From Squalus acanthias (taxonomy: Eukaryota): a DNA stretch of 64,000 bases. Under the pieces are notes generated by a model. That model searched no databases and was not told the origin of the DNA. It saw only the letters and a program-made list of their open reading frames with translations. The DNA lies in assembly GCA_030390025.1 (NCBI GenBank), contig CM059431.1:125614001-125678000 (forward strand), in the 5' to 3' direction. Position 1 is the stretch's first letter. Every line of letters begins with the position of its first letter. The translations under genes and the position numbers were made by a program. Positions 22,067 to 33,995 of the stretch are shown piece by piece.

Positions 22067-23795
22067 TGTAAGGGATTCCTGACCCTGCGTGTCTCGCAGC
22101 CTGTGAGATTCACGCGGCTCTGTGCAGCCTGTATGTCAGTGCGGGTCTAGGCCTGGTTGCCTGTTCTGGTCTCCAGCCAGTCTGGGAACACTAGACACAC
22201 CTGTGAGTGGTTCGAATCACTCTCCCTTACGGTTCTAGACACTGGACTTAGATGCGAGAGCAGTAATGGAGATAAAACTCATGTAGACTTGGTTTGAATG
22301 GTACGAAATGGAAAATCTTTATTGCATGATACTTAAAATTATGAAATACATGTCATAAGCACAGATTAATGACAGTACAATCTTACAAACAGTTATATAG
22401 TCGATCTTAGGGAAACGAGGAACGAACGGCACAAAGTAAATAGGGGCACACATTACAAATATCCTTAACCCTTAAACCCTCCCCTATCAATATCTATCCT
22501 AAACTAGCTTCGTAGGATCTCGAGACTCATGCTCACCACTCGTGATAACTCGGAGAAATTCCGAATAGCTGATCGGATGTTTTTCACCGCAGCACCCACG
22601 TGTCGGTCAGGAGATCTCCTGGTCCCACTTGTTTACTTGCTTCTGCTGCTCTGGCTAGTAGGCTGGACCGTCTGCTGTGATGAAGATCTCTGTTGGTTGG
22701 TTTCACGTACCAGTCAACACTTAAGAGAATAATCTCTCGGTGTCCGTCATGAGGATCTGCCCTGATGGGTTTCACAGATCAGTCAATATCACAAAGGAGA
22801 ATCTTCCGGGGTCCGTTCTTTAAAGTTCAAAGAAGTCTTCCTGGCAAGGAGAAACTTGGCTGATCGACCTACAGGCGCGGTCGGGATTTACTGACCGTGG
22901 CGATGGATATGGTCTTCCTCTCTTCTCCTCTCATCTCATCTCATCTCATCTCATCTCGGGCCTTTGGTTCCGCTGCCAGTTACCAACATAGGTCTTCGTT
23001 ACGCGACACGAGGTAGATCCGAACGGATCAGAAAGTTCAACAGTCTTTTCAGAAGAGGCAACGGGCAAGCAGAAGCCCAACTACGAGTACACAGGAGCAG
23101 CCACGAGGTTACGAATCGACCGGATAAAACACAGGAGCAAGCGAGCGAATGCAAGAGCAAGAAAGAGAATGGACGGTTTGGAGCCTGCAATTATAGTGCA
23201 AAAATCTTCCGTTTCCCGCCCAACTATAATGTCCATTCTTTTTTTTAGGGTTTGGCGCCCAAATGTCTTGTATGGGTGATCTCCGTTCTTAATGGGTTTC
23301 GGGGCTACTCATAAATGTCTGAGTGCCTGTTAATATTTCTCCCATTGTTAAATCGGTCGGTGTTCTCCCTGGAGGGGTTTGGGGCTTCCAAGTGTCCTGT
23401 ATAACTACCTGCTAACGGCTCTCTCATCGTAGAGTCGTTGGGATTTACATATTAATGTCTTTTGGATGGGCCCTTGATTACTCGGTACAATGACTTTCCT
23501 TTGTACCTGGGAGACCGATTCCAGTATCTATGTTTATACTGCAAACCCATAATGTCTCGTGTATTATCTTCACTGTGCTGAATCGTAATCGATCTTGCAC
23601 AAATGTTTATTGGAACGCCATCTTGTCTGCCTGTTGAAAAGTCTAGAATGTTCTGTCACGAGGTGCGGCGGCCATTTTACAGGCTGCTTGTGTCCAATTT
23701 AAACCTGCCAGCATTCTGCTGAAATAAAAGCTGTTTGAACGAAACTTTGTGTTCTCTCCTCATTAATCAAATCGCGATATATTGCGAATTCTACA
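22067..23795 (-). repeat. 5' LTR of the inner provirus (1729 bp)
   Basis: Direct repeat of 10912-12640, followed by PBS and gag. Confidence 0.97.
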
Positions 23796-25095
23796 CACCC
23801 CTTACGTTGTTGGGAATCGGTAATTCTTGCACCGACTCCCTCCTTGCTTTGTCTATGGCTCTTTCCCCAGCGCGTATGGTCAGTCCCAGGAATTTTACTT
23901 CCCGCTGACCGATACGTGCTTTCTTAGGGTTTATTTTAAAACCCTTTCTCGCTAACAGCTCCAATAACTCGTCCAGTAGTGGTCCGTGCTCCTCCCTTGA
24001 GTCCGTAAATAGGAGCAAATCATCCACATACTGTACTATCTGATTGGGCTGACTAAACTCCTTTAAACTTCCTGCCATACACTGATGAAAAATACTGGGG
24101 CTATTGTGGAAACCCTGTGGCAGACAGTTCCATGTGTACTGTTGTCCTTTGAAAGTAAAGGCAAACTTGTACTGGTCCTCTCGCCGCAGCGGGATGGACC
24201 AAAAACCGTTCGAGATATCCAGCACCGTGAACGTGGTCGCGGACGCTGGGATGCTCCCTATTAGGTCAGCAACTGCTGCTACTGTGGGCGCGCAGGCGGG
24301 AATGTTACTGTTAAGGACTCTGTAGTCCACCGTGGCCCTCCACGAATTATCCGGCTTCCTAACCGGCCATAATGGGGAGTTCACGTGTGTGGCTATTGGC
24401 CTCAACACGCCCTGCTGCACCAGGGAGGACATTGCTGTCTCCATATCGGGTTCTGCTTCTTTGGGGAAGTTATACTGCTTTTGGGGTCGGGTCATGGGGT
24501 CCCCATCTACGCTGACCTCAAACCCGACCACTCTCCCACAATCGTGCTTGTGGGTTGCAAACGCGTGCATATTATCTGACACGTACGTTTGCATGTCCGT
24601 TGGGACATCTGCGACCATAAGCCTGAGGTCGTAGCCTCCGGATGGCTGTACGGTACACAGGACCCCTGTTTCTTCCTCCCCCGGAATCACTACTACCTCG
24701 CCTTTTTCACCTTTAGCCCCCCAGAGACAGTGATTTCTGAGGTCCACGAGGATCCCGTGTCCCGCTAGGAGATCGGACCCGAGAATACCTCTTCCACCCC
24801 CCTTTTGCCATGCCATCAGTATACACTTCCACTTAAGGCGAAGTGTTCCTAAACGAATGGATAGCGGAAGGGAAAACGTGCCAGCCTGTTCTTTTCCTGT
24901 GAACCCTGCTAACGTGAATGGGACCTTGGTAGATAGCGGCGAGTCAAAAGGGTTATCTGTATGGATTATGGTGCAAGAAGCTCCCGTGTCCAACAAATAA
25001 CTACCCTTCTGTTTCTCTACCTCCATCTCCACCACAGGTCGCCTCCACGCATCATAGCTAAGCGGACACAGGTAGACGGGCTGCGCTGGTTCTAG
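23796..25095 (-). pseudogene. pol: 5' half of the outer pol (protease and RT palm), cut by the nested insertion
   Basis: LLDTGAS, YVDD; ends at NNVRGV and continues as RSFLG at 10908. Confidence 0.95.
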
Positions 25096-26907
25096 TCATG
25101 GGGTACTATTAGACGGTCCTGCGGCACCTACGGGGCCGGTTGCGACCGCCACCTGTCCACGCGCATTCAAGACCAGCTTGCGCATGGCTCCTAACACTGC
25201 TTCGAGGTCGTCGGGAGGGGTGGGTGCCTTGGCTTCCTTAGCCGGGACAGGCGCCTGGGCTCGGACCGCGGGATTTTTATCCTTGGAATCCTTCCAAGGG
25301 TTCCTGCAATGCTTGCGCCAGTGCCCTGTCTTCCCACACCCGTAACAAGCATTACTTGCCTGTGGGGCGCGATTACCCTCCTGATGCCACTCTCTTTGAT
25401 ATGGGGCTGCGGGTCGTACCTCATGTACTCTTCCCTTAAGGGGACGTGTTGCCATACCCCTTATATTGCGATAACCTAACGTGAGTCGATTCAAGACCGA
25501 CTCTTCCGTAATGTTGGGGTCATTGGGATCAAACCATGCTTTTGCCTGCTCTCTGACGGCTGGTAAACTGTTGGCTATTATGCACCTAAGCCAATGAGTT
25601 AAAGCTAAGCCTTCCACATCTTCGCGCTCGGGCGCACCTAGACAGCTGCGCTCATATACTGGCCACAGCCTGTCGGCAAAAACCTTCGGGGGTTCTCCCT
25701 CCATCTGCACTGTCTGTCCCACTCTAGCAAACGGACCTTCGTCGTTCGCCCCCAACACTTCCAGGACCTCATTCTTTAATTCCTCATAACTCTTGGTTCC
25801 CCTCTTGCTCTCGCCTGAGAGACACTGAAGGACCGAGCTGTCTAATGAGAACAGCAGCATTTTTGCTGTTTCCCCATCATCGCAGCCGTTAATGGCTGCG
25901 GCTTGCTCAACTTCTCTGAAATGTACGGAAGGGTCGTCTGCCTCGGTCAGCTTCCGTACGTGATTTATCATAGCTCTCAGCTGATGTGAACTGTGAGGCA
26001 ACACCAGCTGTCCGAGGAGATCCCCCGGTTCTTCCCCACCGTTTCTGCTTGGGCCCCTTTTAATACCCGTTACTGGATACAACGATCCCTTTCCTACTTC
26101 TTTTTCAATGGGCTCTTTTGTTTCTTCCATTGCTTCCTCCCTAACCCAGGTTTCTGAATAGCTGGGTGGCGCGGAGGGCGCAGTGGCTACTACTTCTTCT
26201 GCTTTACTTGGTGGGGATTTTCTAAATCTCTCATTTACTAGCGGCTGGTGCGCCGACGGATTGATAAGGCACACCATGCCGTTCGCATTGTTCACGGCCT
26301 TTTTGAGGTGCTCTATCTCCCTTTGGCAGGCGCTATGATCGGCTCCCTGAAACTTATCCTCAAGGGCCAACTTATATGCCGCCCTAACCCCCGTCAAGCT
26401 CTCTTCTTGAGTTCTTATCTGGGCAGCTTGGCGGTTACATCTTTCCTTTAACCTGCTCTCATTCAATTTTGCCTCAGTGACCTGGCACTCGAGATAATCT
26501 ATCCTTGTTTTAAGGTGACTGGAGACTTCCTGGCTTTCTTGGTGTAACTCATTTAAATTCTTAATGAGCACCTCCCCTCCAGAAACCTTCTCCTCCATCT
26601 CTCCCTCTAAATGACTGATTCGAGCTACTAGCGCTGTAATGGTCTGGTTGGAAATCTGAACCTGCCTTTTGTAACACATAAGCCAGACTGCTTTCTCAAG
26701 TGTCCTTTTATGTTCTTTACTATCTGTCCACCTTTCAGCTGCCTCTAGTGGGCTCTTATCCGCTAACAATTCACTTATCCATTTCTTAGTTAGATTAACC
26801 TTTCCAAACACATAATCTGCTATCTTTTCCTGCATAACATTTCGTACAGTCATTCCAAAATCTAACACACTACCCTCTCGCTGCCAGTGTCCTGCCGCGG
26901 TCGCCAT
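25096..26907 (-). CDS. gag: Gag polyprotein, 603 aa (outer provirus), intact
   Basis: Near-identical to the inner Gag; CCHC knuckle; ends in TGA-CTAG. Confidence 0.93.
   Translation of the reverse strand: MATAAGHWQREGSVLDFGMTVRNVMQEKIADYVFGKVNLTKKWISELLADKSPLEAAERWTDSKEHKRTLEKAVWLMCYKRQVQISNQTITALVARISHLEGEMEEKVSGGEVLIKNLNELHQESQEVSSHLKTRIDYLECQVTEAKLNESRLKERCNRQAAQIRTQEESLTGVRAAYKLALEDKFQGADHSACQREIEHLKKAVNNANGMVCLINPSAHQPLVNERFRKSPPSKAEEVVATAPSAPPSYSETWVREEAMEETKEPIEKEVGKGSLYPVTGIKRGPSRNGGEEPGDLLGQLVLPHSSHQLRAMINHVRKLTEADDPSVHFREVEQAAAINGCDDGETAKMLLFSLDSSVLQCLSGESKRGTKSYEELKNEVLEVLGANDEGPFARVGQTVQMEGEPPKVFADRLWPVYERSCLGAPEREDVEGLALTHWLRCIIANSLPAVREQAKAWFDPNDPNITEESVLNRLTLGYRNIRGMATRPLKGRVHEVRPAAPYQREWHQEGNRAPQASNACYGCGKTGHWRKHCRNPWKDSKDKNPAVRAQAPVPAKEAKAPTPPDDLEAVLGAMRKLVLNARGQVAVATGPVGAAGPSNSTP
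26889..26906 (-). promoter_or_regulatory. Primer-binding site of the outer provirus
   Basis: TGGCGACCGCGGCAGGAC after the LTR-terminal CA and a GAAAA spacer. Confidence 0.7.
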
Positions 26908-26911
26908 TTTC

Positions 26912-28588
26912 TGTAAGGGATTCTGACCCTGCGTGTCTCGCAGCCTGTGAGATTCACGCGGCTCTGTGCAGCCTGTTTGTCAGTGCGGGTCTAGGCCTTG
27001 TTGCCTGTTCTGGTCTCCAGCCAGTCTGGGAACACTAGACACACCTGTGAGTGGTTCGAATCACTCTCCCTTACGGTTCTAGACACTGGACTTAGATGCG
27101 AGAGCAGTAATGGAGATGAAACTCATGTAGACTCGGTTTGAATGGTACGAAATGGAAAATCTTTATTGCATGATACTTAAGATTATGAAATACATGTCAT
27201 AAGCACAGATTAATGACAGTACAATCTTACAAACAGTTATATAGTCGATCTTAGGGAAACGAGGAACGAACGGCACAAAGTAAATAGGGGCACACATTAC
27301 AAATATCCTTAATCCTTAAACCCTCCCCTATCAATATCTATCCTAAACTAGATTCGTAGGATTTCGAGACTCATGCTCACCACTCGTGATAACTCGGAGA
27401 AATTCCGAATAGCTGATCGGATGTTTTTCACCGCAGCACCCACGTGTCGGTCAGGAGATCTCCTGGTCCCACTTGTTTACTTGCTTCTGCTGCTCCGGCT
27501 AGCAGGCTGGACCGTCTGCTGTGATGAAGACCTGTGTTGGTTGGTTTAACAGGTACTCTTCGAGCACAGTTGTCGATATCGTCGATACGATATGTTTCGT
27601 TACAAGTTCGAAGAAGTCTTCCTGGCGAGGAAAACTTGGATAATCGACCTACAGGCGCGGTCGGGATTTACTGACCGTGGCGATGGATATGGTCTTCCTC
27701 TCTTCTCATCTCATCTCATCTCATCTCATCTCATCTCGGGCCTTCGGTTCCGCTGCCAGTTACCAACATAGGTCTTCGTTACGCGACACGAGGTAGATCC
27801 GAACGGATCAGAAAGTTCAACAGTCTTTTCAGAAGAGGCAACAGACAAGCAGGAGCGAGCCCAACTACGAGTACACAGGAGCAGCCACGAGGTTTACGAA
27901 TCGATCGGATAAGAGCACAGGAGCAGCCACGATGATAAGAGCAGCAAGAGCAAGAGAGAGAATGGACGGTTTGGAGCCTGCAATTATAGTGCAAAATCTT
28001 CCGTTTCCCGCCCAACTATAATGTCCATTCTTTTGTTTAGGGTTTGGCGCTCAAATGTCTTGTATGGGTGATCTCCGTTCTTAATGGGTTTCGGGGCTAC
28101 TCGTAAATGTCTGAGTACCTGTTAATATTTCTCCCATTGTTAAATCGGTCGGTGTTCTCCCTGGAGGGGTTTGGGGCTTCCAAGTGTCCTGTATAACTAC
28201 CTGCTAACGGCTCTCTCATCGTAGAGTCGTTGGGATTTTACATATTAATGTCTTTTGGATGGGCCCTTGATTACTCGGTACAATGGCTTTCCTTTGTACC
28301 TGGGAGACCGATTTCAGTATCTATGTGTATACTGCAAACCCATAATGTCTCGTGTATTATCTTCACTGTGCTGAATCTTAATCGATCTTGCACAAATGTT
28401 TATTGGAACGCCATCTTGTCTGCCTGTTGAAAAGTCTAGAATGTTCTGTCACGAGGTGCGGCGGCCATTTTACAGGCTGCTTGTGTCCACTTTAAACCTG
28501 CCAGCATTCTACTGAAATAAAAGTTGTTTGAACGAAACTCTGTGTTTTCTCCTTATTAATAAAATCGCGATATATTGCGAATTCTACA
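26912..28588 (-). repeat. 5' LTR of the outer provirus (1677 bp)
   Basis: Same length as 2915-4591; no differences noticed in the parts compared by eye. Confidence 0.97.
27983..27988 (-). promoter_or_regulatory. Putative TATA box of the 5' LTR
   Basis: GCACTATAA is shared with the solo LTR (~58867-58875); an initiator-like CATTCT lies ~25 nt downstream. Confidence 0.5.
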
Positions 28589-29848
28589 CACCCGATCCAA
28601 CCCCTTCACAATCTTATATGTTTCAATAAGATCGCCTCTCATTCTTCTGAACTCCAATGAGTAGAGTCCCAATCTACCCAACCTCTCCTCATATGACCAC
28701 CCCCTCATCCCCGGGATTAACCGAGTGAACCTTTTTTGCACTGCCTCGAGAGCAAGGATGTCTTTCCTTAAGTAAGGACACCAAAACTGTATGCAGTATT
28801 CCAGGTGCGGTCTCACCAATACCTTGTACAACTGAAGCAATACCTCCCTATTTTTATATTCTATCCCCCTAGCAATGAAAGCCAACATTCCATTTGCCTT
28901 CTTAATCACTTGCTGCACCTGCATACTAACCTTTTGAGTTTCGTGCACCAGGACCCCCAGATCCCTTTGCACTTCAGTACTCTCCAGTTTCTTGCCATTA
29001 AGATAATAAATTGCTCTAGGATTTTTCCTGCCAAAGTGCATCACCTCACACTTTCCAGTGTTGTATTCCATCTGCCAAATCTCTGCCCACTTACTTAGCC
29101 TGTCTATGTCCCCTTGCAGGTTTTTTATGTCCTCCTCACTCACTACTTTCCCTCCCATCTTTGTATCATCTGCAAATTTTGATATGTTACACTTGGTCCC
29201 TTCCTCCAAATCGTTAATATAGATTGTGAAGAGTTGGGGACCCAGCACTGACCCCTGTGGAACACCACTAGTTACTGATTGCCAGTCTGAGAATGAACCA
29301 TTTATCCCAACTCTTTGCTTTCTGTTAGATAGCCAATCCTCTATCCATGCCAGAATATTACCCCCAATCCCGTGATTTTTTACCTTAAGCAATAATCTTT
29401 TGTGTGGCACCTTGTCAAATGCCTTTTGGAAGTCTAAATACACTACGTCCACTGGTTCCCCTTTATCCACTCTATATGTTACTTCCTCAAAGAACTCCAG
29501 CAAATTTGTCAAACATGACTTCCCCTTCGTAAAACCATGCTGACTTTGTCCTATTAAATTATGATTATCCAAATGTCCTGTTACTGTTTCCTTAATAATG
29601 GACTCCAAAATTTTACCTACCACAGATGTTAGGCTAACCGGTCTATAGTTACCAGCCTTCTGTCTACTGCCCTTTTTAAATAAGGGTGTTACATTAGCAG
29701 TTTTCCAGTCTGCCGGGACCTTAGCGGAATCCAGGGAGTTTTGAAAAATTATTACCAATGCATCTACAATCCCTACCGCCACTTCCTTCAAGACTCTAGG
29801 ATGTAAGCCATCAGGTCCAGGTGATTTATCCGCCTTGAGTCCCATTAT
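28589..29848 (-). mobile_element. 5'-truncated CR1 (HER1-like) LINE body, RT domain, open frame
   Basis: [46 protein letters not shown]. Confidence 0.97.
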
Positions 29849-30664
29849 GTTTAATTTTAAATGAGAACTCGAGCTTACCATTCTAAGATTAAAAATGTTA
29901 ATAATAAATCAATAACAGTTTTCATGCTGAGTCTATAATAGGCAATTATGTATATCATGAAAGTGGCCTTGAAACTACTTAATTTCAGATGATATAACCT
30001 GAGGCTAATTGAAGTCATTGTTACATCCTAAGTCACCTTCTCTAGAAACACAAACAAAGACAAATGTTTTTTTTTTTTAAATATACAGGCTTGGATTTTC
30101 TGCCAAACTTCTGTTCATTTTGGGGTGGATTAGAGTGGTAAACAGAGTAAAATGGGTTCTTAGTAGCTACCGCCTTACATCTGCCAAACAAAATCTGCAC
30201 CTGAATTATCATCTCAAAAAAAGCACTTGTCCCTGTTAAGACCTGCCGGAATCCCGCTTCACCTCATAGAAATTGGGTCAGCAGAGGCGTGTTGAATCCC
30301 TCCAATCCATCTTCCTCAACTCCAGCCCCAAACCCAGCACAAATCATTATGTGCTAGGTATCCTTGAGGCAGGTAACACATTAAGGAGGCTATTTTTGTG
30401 TGGTTTTACTGAAGGTTGGTGTTATTTTAGAGTAGAATTTGGACAGCATCCGATAGCAAGTAGGATTCTGGTGGCTCATATTGACGGTGTGCCAGAACGA
30501 TCGTTATCGTTAAATTGAGTATTGTTGCACCTGTTTTACTCCTGTAAAATTGGTGAAATAACGTTGAATTTATGCCTCTTTCCTTGCATGTCAATCTCTT
30601 TAGTATTCTGAATGTTCATTCAAGACTTTTGCTGCAAATTTCATTTAGCTCTGCTCTAATGCTC

Positions 30665-31380
30665 AACTTCATTACCATCGCCGAATCCCCCACCATCAAC
30701 ATCTTGGGGGGTAACCATTGACCAGAAACTTAATTGGACCACCCACATAAATACTGTGGCAACAAGAGCAGGTCAGAGGCTAGGTATTCTGCAGCGAGTG
30801 TCTCACCTCCTGACTCCGCAAAGCCTTTCCACCATCTACAAGGCACAAGTCAGGCGTGTGATGGAATACTCTCCATTTGCCTGGATGAGTGCAGCTCCAA
30901 CAACACTCAAGAAGCTCGACACCATCCAGGACAAAGTAGCCCACTTGATTGGCACTCCATCCACCACCTTAAACATTCACTCCCTCCACCACCGGCGTAC
31001 CGTGGCTGCAGTGTGTATCATCTAAAAGATGCACTGCAGCAACTCACCAAGGCTTCTTTAGCAGCACCTCCCAAACCAGCGACCTCTTCCACCTAGAAGG
31101 ACAAGGGCAGCAGACGCATGGGAACACCACCACCTCCAAGTTCCCATCCAAGTCACACACCATCCTGAATTGGAAATATATCACCGATCCTTCAGGTCGC
31201 TGGGTCAAAATCCTGGAACTCCCTACCTAACAGCACTGTGGGAGTACCTTCACCACACGAACTGCAGCGGTTCAAGAAGGCGGCTCACCACCACCTTCTC
31301 AAGGGCAATTAGGGATGGGCAATAAATGCTGGCCTTGCCAGCGACGCCCACATCCCATAAACGAATAAAAACAAAAATAA
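30665..31380 (+). mobile_element. L2/CR1-superfamily LINE 3' fragment
   Basis: RAGQRLGIL...IYKAQVRRVMEYSP.AW...LDTIQ; ends GCCTTGCCAGCGACGCCCACATCCC followed by an A-rich tail. Confidence 0.75.
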
Positions 31381-31429
31381 GTACAGGTTAGCAATAGGAC
31401 CATGGATTTCCCAATTGCAATTGCACTAT

Positions 31430-32003
31430 TCTTATGCTATGAAGAGAAGGAGGATGAGGACATGAATGAGGCAAGATTGGAGGCTCTTAGTGTCAGGCTT
31501 CGCAGAAGGGATCTCTTCCTTATGCACTCATACCCATACACCAGGGTCTAAAGGCCTAAAAGGTTTTACTTAGACTTTTATGACTGTCAGTGCTTCAAAA
31601 GATTGTGCTTCCACTGGGATGGTATTAAAGAAATAAGTCAGTTGCTGGCTGAAGACCTGAAGCTTACTTCTACCAGTAGAACAGCATTGTCAGTACCACT
31701 CAAGGTGACCAGTGCCCTGAACTTCTTTATGTTCAGATGCTTGCAAGCAGGTGCAGGTGACCTTTGCCACTTTAGTCAGGCAGCTGCTCACCATTGCATG
31801 AAACAGGTCATTGATGCCCTATTCAGGAGGGCTGCACAATTTATATCCTGTTCAATGGAAGCACACAAATAAAGAGAGTTATTGAGTTTTACAGACTAGC
31901 AGGATTCCCACAAGTACAAAGAACAATTGATAAAACCAAGGTCGCACACAAAGCTCCATATGATAACCCCATCAAACGGGAACGGTCTACATTCTATTAA
32001 TGT
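31430..32003 (+). mobile_element. Degraded Harbinger transposase, 5' part; resumes near 36370-36662 after nested inserts
   Basis: VPLKVTSALNFF...AGDLCHFSQAAAHHCMKQVIDALF; downstream TIGILKS.FMCL..SGG near 36601. Confidence 0.65.
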
Positions 32004-33995
32004 AGAGACATAGTAGGGATTACTGAGACATGGCTACAGAAAAATCAGGACTGGGAATTAAACATTGCAGGGTATAACATATTTCGAAAAGATAGAGAGG
32101 GGAAAAGGGGAGGTGCAGTAGCTGTACTTATTGGGGATAACATAATGGCAGTAGAAAAAAGTGACGCAGCTATCAGCAAGACAAAAATAGAATCCACGTG
32201 GATAGAGATAAAAGATAATAAAGGATTAATCATACTAATAGGGGTAGTCTACAGACCAGGAAGGGAAGTGGAGGAAGAAATATGCAGATAAATTAGGAAA
32301 ATGAGTAAAAAAAAAAAAATGGGGGATTTCAACTACCCACATATTAATTGGACAGAAGAGGTAGGTAAAGGGGATAAGGGAATGGAGATCTTACAATGTA
32401 TACAGGACTCCTTTCTAACCCAATATGTAAAAAGCTTAATAAGGGAGGATTCACTATTGGATCTATTAATGGGGAATGAACCAGAGCAGATAGAGAAGTA
32501 AAAGTAGGGGAACATCTAGATAATAGTGACCATAATATAAGGGGTTTTAAGATAATAATTGAGAAGGACATAGGTATGACAAAGACCAAGGTAATAGATT
32601 GGAGAAATTATCCACCAGAGGACTGGCAGATAGCTAACGTGATATCTATATTTAAGAAGGGAGATAGAACATGTCCAGGGAACTATAGGCCAGTCAGCTT
32701 AACATTGCTGGTAGGAAAAATAATGGAATCCCTACTAAAGGAGAACATAGAAGAACATCTAGAAATGAAAAATTATAATAATAAATAGTCAGCATGGATT
32801 TCAAAAGGGAAAGTCTTGCTTGACCAACCTTATTGAATTTTTTGAAGAGGTAACAGAGAGAGTAGACAAGGGTAATCTCGTAGATGTAATTTATCTAGAT
32901 TTTCAAAAGGCCTTCGATAAGGTACCATATAATAGACTAATGAATAAGGTCAGGGAATGCGGAATCAAGGGATAAGTAGCAGAATGGATAGCTAGCTGGC
33001 TTCAAGACAGAAAGCAGAGAGTAGGGGTAAAGGGTAGCTACTCAGAGTGACAGAAGGTGGGAAGTGGTGTTCCACAAGGATCAGTGCTGGGACCACTGTT
33101 GTTCACAATTTATATTAATGATTTAGACCTTGGAATCAAAAACACAATTTCTAAATTTGCAGATGACACCAAATTGGGGGGATAGCCAATACTGAGGAGG
33201 ACTGCAACAAATTACAAGACATTAATAAACTTGCAGAATGGGCATATAGTTGGCAAATGAAATTCAACATAGATAAATGTGAGGTATTACATTTTGGTAA
33301 GAAAAATAGGGAGGTCACATATTACTTGGAAAATAAGAATCTAAATGGGCTAGAGGACCAAAGGGATCTAGGAGTACAAATGCACAAATCACTAAAAGTA
33401 TCGACACAGGTTAACATAAAAAAAAGCAAATCAAGCACTAGGGTTTATTTCTGGAGGGATAGAATTGAAAAGTAGTGAAGTTATGCTAAACTTGTATTGA
33501 ACCCTGGTTAGACCACACTTAGAGTACTGTGTGCAATTCTGGTCGAAATATTATAAATAGGATGTGGAGGCACTGGAGAGGATGCAGAGAGGATTTACAA
33601 GGATGATACCAGAAATGCGAGGGTACACCTATCAGGAAAGGATGAACAGGCTGGGTCTCTTTTCTCTTGAAAAGAGAAGGCTAAGGGGTGACCTAATAGA
33701 GGTCTTTAAAATTATGAAAGGTTTTGATAGCTTAGATACAGAGAGAGTGTTTCCACTTGTGGGGAAGAGAAAAACTAGAAGCCATCAATATAAGATAGTT
33801 AGCAAAAAATCAAATAGGCAATTCAAGAAACTTCTTTACCCAGAGAGTGGTGAGAATGTGGAACTCACTACCACAGGGAATGGTTGAAGCGAATAGTATA
33901 GATGCATTTAAGAGGTGGTTAGATAAGCATATGAGGGAGAAGGGAAAAGAGGGTTATGCTGATAGGATTAGATGAGGAAAGATGGGAGGAGCCTC
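32004..33995 (+). mobile_element. Degraded CR1 LINE (endonuclease remnant, internal deletion, RT and 3' end); tail resumes at 36160-36230
   Basis: GITETWL, MGDFNYP, LLDLL, GNYRPVSLT, KFADD, RLRGDLIEVFK; multiple stops. Confidence 0.9.

Larger units (their letters stand above)
10912..23795 (-). mobile_element. Inner (nested) endogenous retrovirus, 12,884 bp, open gag and pol, frameshifted env
   Basis: 1729 bp LTRs; 4-bp TSD CACC at 10908-10911 and 23796-23799; the empty site GACCTCACACCCCTTACG is visible in its own pol near 18944-18961. Confidence 0.97.
2915..28588 (-). mobile_element. Outer endogenous retrovirus (lokiretrovirus-like), LTR-gag-pol-env-LTR, ~12.8 kb excluding the nested copy
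   Basis: Two 1677 bp TG...CA LTRs, PBS, PPT, gag, pol, env; CAC duplicated on both flanks relative to the empty CR1 site. Confidence 0.95.

Noticed and set aside
22063..22113. 17 aa N-terminal extension of the inner Gag in the ORF track
   Set aside because: Non-ATG start inside the LTR; broken by a 1-nt indel in the outer provirus
10912..23795. Nested copy as an assembly duplication artefact
   Set aside because: It has a perfect 4-bp TSD, its own matched LTR pair of a different variant, and many substitutions and indels relative to the outer copy
5095..26451. Many plus-strand ORFs antisense to gag, pol and env
   Set aside because: Shadow frames with no motifs; they recur only because the two proviruses are nearly identical
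28556..29881. 441 aa ORF as a complete gene
   Set aside because: 5'-truncated CR1 RT with a chance flanking ATG and an LTR-derived C-terminus (CRIRNISRFY)
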